In this document: in pieces, positions 36,930 to 47,229 of the stretch
Layout: every line of letters begins with the position of its first letter
How positions within the stretch are numbered: position 1 is the first letter of the stretch
DNA from: Patescibacteria group bacterium
GTDB taxonomy: Bacteria > Patescibacteriota > WWE3 > UBA101185 > UBA10185
Reading direction: 5' to 3'
DNA length: 49,918 nucleotides
NCBI GenBank assembly: GCA_032117075.1
Contig: JAUMAA010000003.1
Span: forward strand, 107,574-157,491
Program-made: the position numbers and the translations under genes
Notes under the pieces: model-generated
What the model saw: the letters and a program-made list of their open reading frames with translations, nothing else
Told to the model about the DNA's origin: nothing
Database searches by the model: none

Positions 36930-37477
36930 TAAATCTCCATAATTGACTTCTTCTTCTCAGAAGCCAACTCCTCTAACTTCTCTGTATATTCTTTAATAAT
37001 CTTGTCAGCCTCGTCCTTTAATGTGAATTTTTCATCTTCACCTATTTTTTTCTCAGTAAAATCTTTATCAATATTTTTATTTATGTCGTTTCTGATATTT
37101 CGGGTGGTTGATTTAGCTGCTTCCAGTTTGGAGGTAACAAGTTTAGTCAATTCTGTTCTTCTCTCCTCACTTAATGGAGGGATTGGGAGTCTAATTTTTT
37201 CATTATCAAAAGATGAATTTAAATTTAACTCAGAAGTATTAATTGCTTTGGAAATAGAAGGAATCTGTGATCTATCCCAAGGAGTAATTATGATGGTTTG
37301 GGGTTCCGGAGTTGTTATAGAACCTAACTCTTTGATTCTCATTTTACTTCCATAAACTTCAACAGTAACATCCTCTATCAATGATCCAGATGCTCTACCT
37401 GTCCTCAGTTTACTTAATTCGGAAGTAAAAAAATCAACAACATCGCTCAACTCTTTTTTGAGTTCAAATTTGTTCAT
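36929..37477 (-). CDS. frr: Ribosome recycling factor
   Basis: LRTGRA, V.VYG, PWD, IPPLSEERR and RNIR; ATG 37477 lies 6 nt after TATAAT. Confidence 0.96.
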   Translation of the reverse strand: MNKFELKKELSDVVDFFTSELSKLRTGRASGSLIEDVTVEVYGSKMRIKELGSITTPEPQTIIITPWDRSQIPSISKAINTSELNLNSSFDNEKIRLPIPPLSEERRTELTKLVTSKLEAAKSTTRNIRNDINKNIDKDFTEKKIGEDEKFTLKDEADKIIKEYTEKLEELASEKKKSIMEI

Positions 37478-37484
37478 AAATTTA

Positions 37485-37937
37485 TTATATAGCAAATCTT
37501 ACAAATTTTTTAAGTTCAACTTTTTCACCTGTTTTAGCAGAAATCTCAGAAATCAAATCAGAAATCTTTTTAGACTCGTCCTTAATAAAAGCAGAATTTA
37601 GTAAATCTTCAATGTTATTAAAATCTTGTGTAGAAACATGCATTGCGATATCTTTGGCATATCTATTAAAGTCATCGGTTTTAGCAACAAAATCTGTTTC
37701 ACAAGTTAACATTACCATCGCACCTAATTTCGATCCGGTGTGGATATATGAGTAAATAATACCTTCGTTAGCCTCTCTATCTGCTCTTTTTTCAGCTCTA
37801 GATAATCCTTTTTGGTACAACTCTTCCTTAGCTTTGGCAACATCTCCGTTAGCATTTGTTAATGCATTTCTTACATCCATAACACCAGCACCTGTTTCAT
37901 CTCTTAATTGTTTAATTACATTGATATCAAGTTCCAT
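37485..37937 (-). CDS. tsf: Elongation factor Ts (short form)
   Basis: LRDETGAGVMD, EGIIYSYIH, CETDFVA and GEKV...KFVRF. Confidence 0.96.
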   Translation of the reverse strand: MELDINVIKQLRDETGAGVMDVRNALTNANGDVAKAKEELYQKGLSRAEKRADREANEGIIYSYIHTGSKLGAMVMLTCETDFVAKTDDFNRYAKDIAMHVSTQDFNNIEDLLNSAFIKDESKKISDLISEISAKTGEKVELKKFVRFAI

Positions 37938-37990
37938 AATTTTCCTTTTTAATTTTAATACAATTACAGTTTAGATTTTAAATTATTTTT

Positions 37991-38803
37991 TTATTTTTTT
38001 GAAGATTTTGATTTAGTTTGTGTCTTAGAATCTTCTGCTTTTTCTTCTTTTTTTGATTCTTTTTTCTCAGCTTCTATCATTTCTTCAGTAGTTCTAATCT
38101 TCTTTGGTCTATCATTGTAAGCTGTTCTACCTGCAATTACTGCTGAAGCTAATGTTGAAATAATAGTATCTATTGATCTTATAGCATCATCATTTCCAGG
38201 AATCAAATAATCAATTCCTTCTGGGTTAGTGTTTGTATCTGCAAGAGCTACAACCTTTAATCCTAAATTTTTTGCTTCTTTCATTGCAGTAGATTCTTTT
38301 TTTGGATCTACTACTACGATAACTTTGGGATTAGTTAATGTCTCAATTCCGGAATAGTAAGTTTCTAATTTAACTATTTCTTTTGAAATTAATGATTTCT
38401 CTTTTTTAGTGAAGGATTCAAACTCACCTGAAGTCATTTTTGATCTTAGGTTGTTCAATTTCTTAATATTTGATCTAATTGTAGTAACATTTGTAAGCAT
38501 TCCACCAATCCATCTATCTGAAACAAAATTTGATTCAGCTCTTCTAGCTTCTAATTTTATGATATCTGAAGCTTGTTTCTTAGTACCTACAAAAATGATT
38601 TGAGAACCATTTGAAGCTTCTTCGTACAAAAATTCGCAAGCTTTTTTCAATGCTTCTTCTGTTTGAGTTAAATCTATAATATGAATTCCTAAATTTTGTG
38701 TGTGAATATATTTTTGCATTTTTGGATTCCACTTATTTGATTGATGACCGTAGTGAACTCCGGCACTAAATAATTCTTTAATTGTAGGAACTTTAACTGA
38801 CAT
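37991..38803 (-). CDS. rpsB: 30S ribosomal protein S2
   Basis: AGVHYGH, WNPKM, FVGTKKQA, RWIGGMLTN, DTNTNP and IPGNDDAIRS. Confidence 0.98.
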   Translation of the reverse strand: MSVKVPTIKELFSAGVHYGHQSNKWNPKMQKYIHTQNLGIHIIDLTQTEEALKKACEFLYEEASNGSQIIFVGTKKQASDIIKLEARRAESNFVSDRWIGGMLTNVTTIRSNIKKLNNLRSKMTSGEFESFTKKEKSLISKEIVKLETYYSGIETLTNPKVIVVVDPKKESTAMKEAKNLGLKVVALADTNTNPEGIDYLIPGNDDAIRSIDTIISTLASAVIAGRTAYNDRPKKIRTTEEMIEAEKKESKKEEKAEDSKTQTKSKSSKK

Positions 38804-38844
38804 AATCAGGAGATTAACATATTAGGACATTGATTTCAATAACT

Positions 38845-40977
38845 TTATTCAATGTCATCCTTACTTTCTTCATTTTTTAAAAGAGGGTTTTTAGATGAAG
38901 TATATTTACAATCAGGATACCTGGAACAGCCAAAAAACTCCCTACCTCTGAATTTCTTAACAATAACTTCTCCTTCCTGACATAAAGGACATTTCATTCC
39001 AATTTTATTTAGGAATTTTTTAATATTTTTACACTTAGGAAAATTTGAACAAGCCAAAAATTTACCAAACCTACCCATTTTAAGAACCATACTTCCTCCA
39101 CATTTATCACATTTCTCATATTCAATAGGATTTCCCTGCTCATCAACTCCTTCACTATCCAGAGGTTTTGCAAATTCACATTCAGGATACCCGCTACAAC
39201 TTAAAAATTTACCGAACTTACCTAGTTTTATCATTAATTTCTTACTACATTTTGGACAACCCTCTTCAGACATTCCTAGGAATGTGAAATCTGCTTTGTG
39301 TAACTCCTGATCTCTCTCTTTCACATTCTTCTCGAATGGTTTGTAAAACTCAGAGATAACTCCAACCCATTTCAACTTACCATCAGCAATATCATCAAAT
39401 TTATCCTCCATCTCAGCAGTGAAATTGTAGTCTACTATTTCAGGAAAGAATTTAACAAGTAAATCTGTGACAACAAATGCCACATCATCAGGTATAAAGT
39501 ACCTACCTTCTTTCTTGACATATCCTCTTTCTTGAATGGTAGAAATGGTAGGAGCATAAGTTGAGGGTCTTCCGATTTGCATCTCTTCTAATGTTTTAAT
39601 CAAAGAAGCATCTGAATATCTAGCTGGTGGCTGGGTGAAATGCTGTTTAGGATTTATTTCAATCAAATCAAGCTTGTCACCTATATTCAATTCAGGCAAT
39701 TCATTTAGCTCATCTTCTTCCTCAACAATATTAATCTTTTTTGTAAGGGCTAACCAACCATCAAAAGTTATTATGGAACCAGTTGATTTAAAAACATAAT
39801 CATTAGAACTACCAATTTTTATTGTTGTTTGTAAAAATTCAACTGGCAACATTTGCGATTCTATTGCCCTTTTAAAAATCAAAGAATAGATTTTAAACTC
39901 ATCTTCAGTTAAGCCTTTTGGTTTAGGGTTTAATGTAGTTGGTCTTATCGCTTCGTGCGCCTCTTGAGCACCCTTAGAAGAAGTTTTATATAAATTTGCT
40001 TCTCCTGGTAAATAGTTTTTACCAATTTCTAATCTAATAAATTCCCTAGCTTCGATTAAAAACTTTTCGCTTAAATTTAGAGAGTCTGTTCTGTGATAGG
40101 TAATATGACCTTTTTCAAATAATTTTTGTGCAATGGACATTGTTCTTTTAGCATTGAATCCATATACATTTGCTGAAGACTGCTGAAGTGTAGAAGTTTT
40201 TAAAGGAGGGTAAGGATTTCTCTTTCTAGAGTTTTTGGAAACATCTAAAACAGAATATTCTTTTGAGTTCTTTAATTCTTCTAAAACTTTTTTAACTTCT
40301 TCCTCATTTTTAATTTCAAGTTTCTTATTTTGATATTCTACTAGCTCAGAATTAAATTCATATTTCTTGGATTTTCCTTTTGAAAATAATGCTGGGATGC
40401 TCCAATACTCATCAGGAACAAAAGCCTGCCTTTCTTTCTCCCTTTCAACAATCAGTCTTACAGCAACACTTTGAACTCTACCCGCTGATAATCCATATCT
40501 GACTTTTTTCCAAAGTAGTGGAGAAAGTTTATATCCTACTAATCTATCTAGTACTCTTCTGGCTTGTTGGGCATCAACTAAATCAAAGTTTAACTCACTA
40601 GGGTGGTTAAAAGATTTCTCTATCTCTTCTTTAGTAATTTCATGAAATACTACTCTCCTAAATTTCTGGTTTTTATTTTTTTTATCTTTTAAAAGTTCAT
40701 ATAAATGCCAAGAAATTGCCTCACCTTCTCTATCAAGATCTGTTGCTAAATAGATCTCATCAATTCCTTTGGCCTCTTTCTTAAGCTCTCTTAGAACTTT
40801 TTGGGCTTTCTCATTTACTTCGTAAGTAACTTCAAAGTTATGAGCAACATCAACACCAAGTTGAGATTTAGGCAAATCTCTTATATGCCCATAAGATGCT
40901 CTTACAACATATTCTTTTCCTAAAAAACCAGCTAATGTTTTTGCTTTTGTTGGAGATTCTACAATTACTAACTTCAT
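38845..40977 (-). CDS. topA: DNA topoisomerase I
   Basis: LVIVESPTKAK, ATDLDREGEAI, SAGRVQS, ITYHRTD, AHEAIRPT, GRPSTY and three C4 zinc ribbons. Confidence 0.98.
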   Translation of the reverse strand: MKLVIVESPTKAKTLAGFLGKEYVVRASYGHIRDLPKSQLGVDVAHNFEVTYEVNEKAQKVLRELKKEAKGIDEIYLATDLDREGEAISWHLYELLKDKKNKNQKFRRVVFHEITKEEIEKSFNHPSELNFDLVDAQQARRVLDRLVGYKLSPLLWKKVRYGLSAGRVQSVAVRLIVEREKERQAFVPDEYWSIPALFSKGKSKKYEFNSELVEYQNKKLEIKNEEEVKKVLEELKNSKEYSVLDVSKNSRKRNPYPPLKTSTLQQSSANVYGFNAKRTMSIAQKLFEKGHITYHRTDSLNLSEKFLIEAREFIRLEIGKNYLPGEANLYKTSSKGAQEAHEAIRPTTLNPKPKGLTEDEFKIYSLIFKRAIESQMLPVEFLQTTIKIGSSNDYVFKSTGSIITFDGWLALTKKINIVEEEDELNELPELNIGDKLDLIEINPKQHFTQPPARYSDASLIKTLEEMQIGRPSTYAPTISTIQERGYVKKEGRYFIPDDVAFVVTDLLVKFFPEIVDYNFTAEMEDKFDDIADGKLKWVGVISEFYKPFEKNVKERDQELHKADFTFLGMSEEGCPKCSKKLMIKLGKFGKFLSCSGYPECEFAKPLDSEGVDEQGNPIEYEKCDKCGGSMVLKMGRFGKFLACSNFPKCKNIKKFLNKIGMKCPLCQEGEVIVKKFRGREFFGCSRYPDCKYTSSKNPLLKNEESKDDIE

Positions 40978-41000
40978 AAAATTTATTATTTAATAATATA

Positions 41001-41546
41001 CTAACTATTTAATAATTCAAAATCAAACAGCGGAATACCTCCTTCATAGATAATTTTATTAGTTCCATAGGAAGAGGGGTCTGTTAATTTTCCAGGAAGA
41101 CAATAAACATCAATTGATTTTTCGAGTGCGATTTCATAAAGAATTTTTAGATTACTTGAAAATTTAGTTGCTTCTAAAATTAAAATCTTAGAAACAAAAC
41201 TTAATATTAATAAATCTTTGGCCAGATAATTAATCCTTTTATCATCAGAATATTCCTCTATCAATAGTTGAGCATCAGTTTCTTTTACTAAATTATGATG
41301 AAAAAAATTTCTGTCTACAATCAAAACTTTACTATAATTTAAATCTTTATATTTATATAAACCAGATCGTAAGTAAAATTCGTAGGTAAAATAAAAAACA
41401 TAGCTATCTTTAAATTTGTAAATTATTTTTTTTGCAATCTCAAGTGTGTAATCTGAGTAGTTCCTTGTAGAAAAAAGTCCTAAATTTTTTTTCTTTCTTA
41501 AAACAGACAAGTTTCCATGTTTTTCATAATTTATCTCATTTAACAT
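41001..41546 (-). CDS. Degenerate DprA/Smf-like protein
   Basis: C-terminal ILEA...ALEK..DVYCLPG......GTNKII.EG matches DprA; canonical position upstream of topA; N-terminal motifs eroded. Confidence 0.7.
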   Translation of the reverse strand: MLNEINYEKHGNLSVLRKKKNLGLFSTRNYSDYTLEIAKKIIYKFKDSYVFYFTYEFYLRSGLYKYKDLNYSKVLIVDRNFFHHNLVKETDAQLLIEEYSDDKRINYLAKDLLILSFVSKILILEATKFSSNLKILYEIALEKSIDVYCLPGKLTDPSSYGTNKIIYEGGIPLFDFELLNS

Positions 41547-41576
41547 AATAGTATTTTAAAGAGTTTTCGAAATTTA

Positions 41577-43484
41577 TTAGTTTTTAGTTTCTATCTTGAA
41601 TGGAGATTTCTTTTTATCTACACTTATCTTTCTGTCAAAATAAAAATCCATAACTTCTCTTGCGAGAGGGGCAGCATCTGTTGAACCACCTCCACCATCT
41701 TCTAAAAATACTGTTACTACAATCTCCCCTGTGTCATAAGGAGCAAAACCACTATACCAAGCATGGGTTTTCATTACTCCTTTTTTTAAAAACTCGGAGG
41801 TTCCTGTCTTACCTGCACTTTCAAAACCCCATCTATTATTAAAATTATGGAAGGGAAAAGCTGTTCCGCTTTTATTTACCTCTTTTAATGAGTTTTTAAC
41901 TATTTCAAAGTTAGACCAGGTCATTAAATCAGAATACAATATTTGATTTTTTCTAATCTTGTCGTCAATCTCAGAAACAATATAAGGTTTAAATGCTTTT
42001 TGATTATTAGCAAAGTAAGACATCAAAACAGAAGCTTGAAGAGGTGTTGATAGCACATCTCCTTGGCCAATTGCTGTAATAAAAGTATCGCCTAAATACC
42101 ACACTTTACCAGTACCATCAGGCATAAAACCTTTTACCTCACCAGGCAAATCAATATCTGTAAGTTTTGAAAAATTAAATTTATTTGCCCAATCATAAAG
42201 TTTTGGTACTCCTAAACCCTTTTTATCCTCAAAACCAGCTGTATAAGTATAAAAATAAGTATCATTTGAAACCTTCATTGCTCTAGTTATATCTACTTCT
42301 CCGTGACCATCCCTCTTCCAGTTATGGTATCTGTAATTTTTAATCTCAATGTAACCTCTATCAAAAATAGAATCTTTTGGATTTGCTATCCCCTCCTCTA
42401 AAATCCCTGCAGCAGTTACTAGTTTAAATACCGATCCTGGCGGGTAAGCACCGCTGACTGCTCTATTAAAAAATGGTTTTCCAGGATTGTTAATTAACTC
42501 CTGATAATCTTCATTTGAAATTCCATCACTAAATTTTTGAATACTATATGAGGGGTAATTAACTAAAGCTAGTATTTCTCCGCTTCTAGGATCTTGGACA
42601 ATTACGGTTCCACCAGTACTATCCTTAGTATTTTGAACTTTATTTTTTAGCTTTTCATATGCAAATTCTTGTAAGTTTGTATCAATTGATAACTTTATAT
42701 TTTTTCCTGAGATTGGGGAAACTCCAGAAAAAGTATCAAGTAGTTCATTTTGTGAATCATATTTTTTCTGTGTAAAACCTTTGGTACCAGATAAAACCTC
42801 ATTGTAATAAAGTTCTACACCGTCCTTACCCTCATATTTATCATCAAAATTTGAGCTTTCGCTAACATAACCTAAGATATGTGACATACTCTCCTCATAT
42901 AAGTAATCTCTTGTTGGAACTACAACCAAATCAATACTTTTTAAAGAGTTTATGTCTGTTAAGAAAGGTGTGATTTGATTCTTGTTTAAATTCTTTTTTA
43001 TTAAAATAATCCTACCTGGAAAGTAACTCTCAGAAATTTTTTTGATATCAATCTCGATACTTTTTGATAAGACCTGCAAATCCTCAATGCATTTATCAAA
43101 ATTATTTGAATTAGCAAATCTTATTAAACATTTATCAACATTTTGATATATAAAAAAATAAGGAACATTTTTGACTAAAAAATTACCGTTTCTATCTAAA
43201 ATCAACCCCCTACTTGGGTATATAACACTTCCTCTGAGATAATTTCTTTCAGATAAATTTTTATATTCACTAAATTTAATAACTTGTAAGTAAAAAATTC
43301 TTAGAAAAATTATTAAAATGAAAAGAAGAAATACTATACTAAATAAATTTACATAACTACTAAATTTACTATCAAAAAGAGCCTCGGAATCTTTTTTTAT
43401 TAAACTATCTATAACTTTGAAATTCCTTTTAACAGATTTTAGAGGTTTATATATTTCAATTTCTAAAAATTTTTGTAAATCCAT
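41577..43484 (-). CDS. mrdA: Penicillin-binding protein 2 (class B)
   Basis: RGLILDRNG, GKDGVE, YPPGSVFK (SxxK), SND and GKTGT. Confidence 0.93.
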   Translation of the reverse strand: MDLQKFLEIEIYKPLKSVKRNFKVIDSLIKKDSEALFDSKFSSYVNLFSIVFLLFILIIFLRIFYLQVIKFSEYKNLSERNYLRGSVIYPSRGLILDRNGNFLVKNVPYFFIYQNVDKCLIRFANSNNFDKCIEDLQVLSKSIEIDIKKISESYFPGRIILIKKNLNKNQITPFLTDINSLKSIDLVVVPTRDYLYEESMSHILGYVSESSNFDDKYEGKDGVELYYNEVLSGTKGFTQKKYDSQNELLDTFSGVSPISGKNIKLSIDTNLQEFAYEKLKNKVQNTKDSTGGTVIVQDPRSGEILALVNYPSYSIQKFSDGISNEDYQELINNPGKPFFNRAVSGAYPPGSVFKLVTAAGILEEGIANPKDSIFDRGYIEIKNYRYHNWKRDGHGEVDITRAMKVSNDTYFYTYTAGFEDKKGLGVPKLYDWANKFNFSKLTDIDLPGEVKGFMPDGTGKVWYLGDTFITAIGQGDVLSTPLQASVLMSYFANNQKAFKPYIVSEIDDKIRKNQILYSDLMTWSNFEIVKNSLKEVNKSGTAFPFHNFNNRWGFESAGKTGTSEFLKKGVMKTHAWYSGFAPYDTGEIVVTVFLEDGGGGSTDAAPLAREVMDFYFDRKISVDKKKSPFKIETKN

Positions 43485-43893
43485 AGTTTCTAAACAAGAA
43501 GAATAAAATTATTACCAAAGATAGAGTTAAATTTAATATAAAACTAGGACTAAACATATCTCCTATGAAAAGAAAATATAAGAAAAAATATGTAAAGAAT
43601 TCTAAAATATTAATAAAATTAATTTTGAATAATTCACTTAGATAACCAAACACATACTCAGATATTAGGACAATTAATGTTAAATAGCCAGGAGTATCAA
43701 ATGTAAAAATCTCAAAGAAAATAAATATAAAAAATAAAAAAAGTTGTTTATTAACTCTCTTTACATTATTTATCATAATATAACATATGAGTAATAAAAT
43801 TACCTTAACTGATGGTTCAAATAAATCAAATAAAAAAAGTTGATTGAACACAAAAAGTAATGAAACTGATGAGATTAAAATATATTTAATCAT
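43456..43893 (-). CDS. Membrane protein, MreD position
   Basis: 145 aa with about 5 TM segments, between mreC and pbp2; assigned by synteny only. Confidence 0.6.
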   Translation of the reverse strand: MIKYILISSVSLLFVFNQLFLFDLFEPSVKVILLLICYIMINNVKRVNKQLFLFFIFIFFEIFTFDTPGYLTLIVLISEYVFGYLSELFKINFINILEFFTYFFLYFLFIGDMFSPSFILNLTLSLVIILFFLFRNYGFTKIFRN

Positions 43894-44662
43894 TTTTTAA
43901 AATTACCACATAATTACTTTTTTCCAGTTCGTATTGCTTTTTTATCAATGCTTTTCTAAATGTTTGGGATGAAACTCCCTCGACCCTATCAACAATGCCT
44001 AGAAATAGATTACTAGGAATTTGGGCATTTGTGCTGGATGTTACAACATAATCCCCTACATTCACTGATTCGGTTGATAATATATTTTCAATATAACTTG
44101 TATTGTAATTATCACTTCTAACTGTAAATATTTGATTTTCGTCACTTTTATTAAGTAGAACAGTATTTAAGGATCTTCCTGATTTATTCCAAAGCTCAAC
44201 CTCAAAATTACTTGAATTTACGGCAACTATCACACCGATATAAAATCTGCCAATCATTACAGGAGATCCGATATTATAATTTTCTTTCTTCTTGATAAAT
44301 AATCTGGAAGTATTTTTATCAACATAAATAATTTCAACTATTTCGTACTTCTTATCCTTAAAGTAACTATCGTTTCCTATTGATAGTTTTAATTTTTCAT
44401 ATTCATTGAGGCTTATTTGAGAGAGTCTTTCAGAAAAATCTTTACTTACTAAGATAAATTCTTTATTTTTTAAATTAAAATTCTCCTCTCTTAACCTAGA
44501 TATATCACCGAATGTATTCATCATCAACGATAGATTAGTAAATAAATTTTTATTAAACTCTATAAATGGAGTTGAATAGCTTATCAATAACCCTCTTATG
44601 CTAATACCAGGGTTTACCGATAATAAGACTATCAATAACAAGGTAAAAATTATTTTCTTCAT
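43886..44662 (-). CDS. mreC: Rod shape-determining protein MreC
   Basis: TM helix plus coiled coil (LREEN..LK), VGD.VVTS, P.NLFLGIV and F; downstream of mreB. Confidence 0.85.
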   Translation of the reverse strand: MKKIIFTLLLIVLLSVNPGISIRGLLISYSTPFIEFNKNLFTNLSLMMNTFGDISRLREENFNLKNKEFILVSKDFSERLSQISLNEYEKLKLSIGNDSYFKDKKYEIVEIIYVDKNTSRLFIKKKENYNIGSPVMIGRFYIGVIVAVNSSNFEVELWNKSGRSLNTVLLNKSDENQIFTVRSDNYNTSYIENILSTESVNVGDYVVTSSTNAQIPSNLFLGIVDRVEGVSSQTFRKALIKKQYELEKSNYVVILKND

Positions 44663-45702
44663 TAGTTTATTTTAAACTTCTCAATAAGATCTCTATTAGA
44701 AATTACTTTTTTTAGACCATCTACCACTACGTTTTCGGGGTTTTTTGGAATATAAAATTTTACATTAAATTCTTTATTAAGTAAAAGCTTTAAAGAATAT
44801 ATTTGAGAGGATCCGCCAATAAGAATAACACCGTTTTCAAATATATCGTTGCTTACATTTTCGGTAAAGGAATTTAAAAATGATTTAAGAGGATTTATTA
44901 AATTCGACTTAATTAAAGGCATAACCATATCCCTAAATTCCGCAATTGAAATTTCAATTTTAAGGGGCAGCCCTGTCCTGATACTCTTTCCAACTACCTC
45001 AAACTTTTCATGATCGTAACTACTGGGGTATAAAACTAAACTAGATTTCTTAAGATTTTCTATGTTTTCATCTGATACTTGAAGTTTTTTATCATCAATC
45101 AATTTTTGATAAATTAAGTTATTAATATCCTGACCACCAAAATCAAGTGTTTTAGAGTCAACCAAATTGTTATTAAAAACTAAGCCAATATCAGTCTTGT
45201 TAAACCCTAAATCAATAATTAGCACTGAGTTTCTAACAGAACCTACTTCACCTAAACCATAAAACGAAACTAAAGGTTTCTTTAAAAAAACCACTTTATT
45301 TACACCTTCTTTTTTCAAAGAATTCTCAAAATTAGATTCCTGGGCTTTTGTAAAATCAGAATTTACTGGTATATATAGGTCTGGCTTAGTTACTAGCTTA
45401 AATGAATTATTTTTAGCGGAAATCTCTTTAATCAAGTCTTTGACATACAATTCGAATACCTGGTTCGAAGTAATTTCTGAATTTTGAACCGGTTTTACAA
45501 CCAAAACACCCGCCGGTACTCGACCGACCATCTCTTTAGATCCGTCCCCAACTGCTAAAACAGTTTTATCCTTCTGAAAGATAGATATCAAAGAGAATTT
45601 ATTATAGAAAAAACCATTTTCAGTTCCTACTGCCCTAGTTTTATAACTTCCGAAATCAACTCCAATATTCAAACTTAACAATTTGCTAAAATCAAAAAAC
45701 AT
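44662..45702 (-). CDS. mreB: Divergent MreB (actin-like)
   Basis: IGVDFGS, AVG...KEMVGRVP, IIDLG, GG.D, GKS..TGLP and DIFENGVILIGGSS; mreBCD-pbp2 operon. Confidence 0.87.
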   Translation of the reverse strand: MFFDFSKLLSLNIGVDFGSYKTRAVGTENGFFYNKFSLISIFQKDKTVLAVGDGSKEMVGRVPAGVLVVKPVQNSEITSNQVFELYVKDLIKEISAKNNSFKLVTKPDLYIPVNSDFTKAQESNFENSLKKEGVNKVVFLKKPLVSFYGLGEVGSVRNSVLIIDLGFNKTDIGLVFNNNLVDSKTLDFGGQDINNLIYQKLIDDKKLQVSDENIENLKKSSLVLYPSSYDHEKFEVVGKSIRTGLPLKIEISIAEFRDMVMPLIKSNLINPLKSFLNSFTENVSNDIFENGVILIGGSSQIYSLKLLLNKEFNVKFYIPKNPENVVVDGLKKVISNRDLIEKFKIN

Positions 45703-45759
45703 CTTGGCAAGATTTTAACATTTGAGCAATAAAATATATCAGTGATAAAATAACTAAAT

Positions 45760-46293
45760 ATGGCAGTTAAAAGAATTATTGAAGCTCCAAATGAAATACT
45801 ATCTACGAAAACCTCAAAAATTAAATATGAGGATGTAGATACTAAAAATATTGTTCAGGATCTTTTAGAGACAACTATTAGCCAAAAAGACCCTGAAGCA
45901 GCAGGTCTCGCCGCTCCACAAATTGGGTATAGTAAAAGGGCTTGTATTGTTAGGGAATTTCAAGAAATTCCTGATTCTGAGAAATATACTATTATTAACC
46001 ATGTCATGATTAATCCTAAGATAATTTCTACATCTAAAGAGATGGATTTGGATTTTGAATCATGCCTGAGTATACCTAATATGTACGGGAAAGTATTAAG
46101 GCATAAAAGTATTAAAGTTGTCTATACTGATGAAAATGGCAAAGAACATAAAATTAGAGCAAAAGATTTTTTTGCAAGAGTAATTCAACATGAAGTGGAT
46201 CATCTAGATGGGATTTTATTTACTGAAAAAATACTAGGAAACTTGATAACTGAGGAAGAATATAATACTTTAATTGAAAACGAAAATGATTAA
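45760..46293 (+). CDS. def: Peptide deformylase
   Basis: GLAAPQIG, ESCLSIP and QHEVDHLDG. Confidence 0.97.
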   Translation: MAVKRIIEAPNEILSTKTSKIKYEDVDTKNIVQDLLETTISQKDPEAAGLAAPQIGYSKRACIVREFQEIPDSEKYTIINHVMINPKIISTSKEMDLDFESCLSIPNMYGKVLRHKSIKVVYTDENGKEHKIRAKDFFARVIQHEVDHLDGILFTEKILGNLITEEEYNTLIENEND

Positions 46294-47218
46294 AATAGCC
46301 CTTTTTACTACCTCCTCAAGAACTGTTGAGACAGCCAAATTATTAAATAAGAAGTTTAAATTAGATTTAATTATTACTAAAACAGACAAAATAATTGGAA
46401 AAAATAAGTCCCCAGAACCTAATAATGTAAAAAAGTTTGCTCTTGAAAATAAAATTGATTTTATTGAAATTGATAAATTTGATCTAGCAAAAAAAGAAGA
46501 AGTTTATTTAAAAATGGTTGAAAAAGACATAGATTTAGGAATTAGTTTTGATTTCGGGTTTATCATACCAGAAAAGTTGTTCAATCTTCCAAAGTATAAG
46601 TTTATTAACATACATTTTTCACTATTGCCAAAACACAGAGGTGCCTCAGCTGTTCAATTCGCTATCCTAGCGGATGAGAAAGAATATGGGATCACTTACC
46701 ATTTTGTAAGTGCCAAATTAGACTGTGGGGACATTTTGTACCAGACAACCTATCTTTTAAACGAGAATTTTACTGCGGGAGAAGCTTATCAATTTCTTTT
46801 TAACAAGACTTCCTTGGAAATTGAGGGGGTTATCAATTCTTACCTAAGCAATAAACTTATACCCCAAATTCAAAATGAGGACTACTCTTCTATTACTTAT
46901 TCTAAGTTCAATCCAAAACATACTTTTATTTTTAAAGAGGATGCATACTCAGATCTATCTGAAAGTGAAAGAACTATTTTTAGAAAAATCAAAGCTTACC
47001 ATCCGTGGCCTATACTTTTCTCTGAAATAAAAAATCTATTAAAACTTAGTCAATTTAAAGAATATAAACTTAAAGATAAGGTGGATGAAAACCTAGTTGT
47101 GAAAATATTTAATGCAGAATTCTCTGAAAATCAATTGAAGTTAACCAATATCACCCCAACAGGTAAAAAAAATCTCAATATAAATGAATTTATAAATGGT
47201 TATTTAGTAAAAAGGTAA
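46286..47218 (+). CDS. fmt: Methionyl-tRNA formyltransferase
   Basis: INIHFSLLPKHRGA, LDCGDI and AYHPWP; follows def. Confidence 0.93.
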   Translation: MIKIALFTTSSRTVETAKLLNKKFKLDLIITKTDKIIGKNKSPEPNNVKKFALENKIDFIEIDKFDLAKKEEVYLKMVEKDIDLGISFDFGFIIPEKLFNLPKYKFINIHFSLLPKHRGASAVQFAILADEKEYGITYHFVSAKLDCGDILYQTTYLLNENFTAGEAYQFLFNKTSLEIEGVINSYLSNKLIPQIQNEDYSSITYSKFNPKHTFIFKEDAYSDLSESERTIFRKIKAYHPWPILFSEIKNLLKLSQFKEYKLKDKVDENLVVKIFNAEFSENQLKLTNITPTGKKNLNINEFINGYLVKR

Positions 47219-47229
47219 AATTAAAAAAA

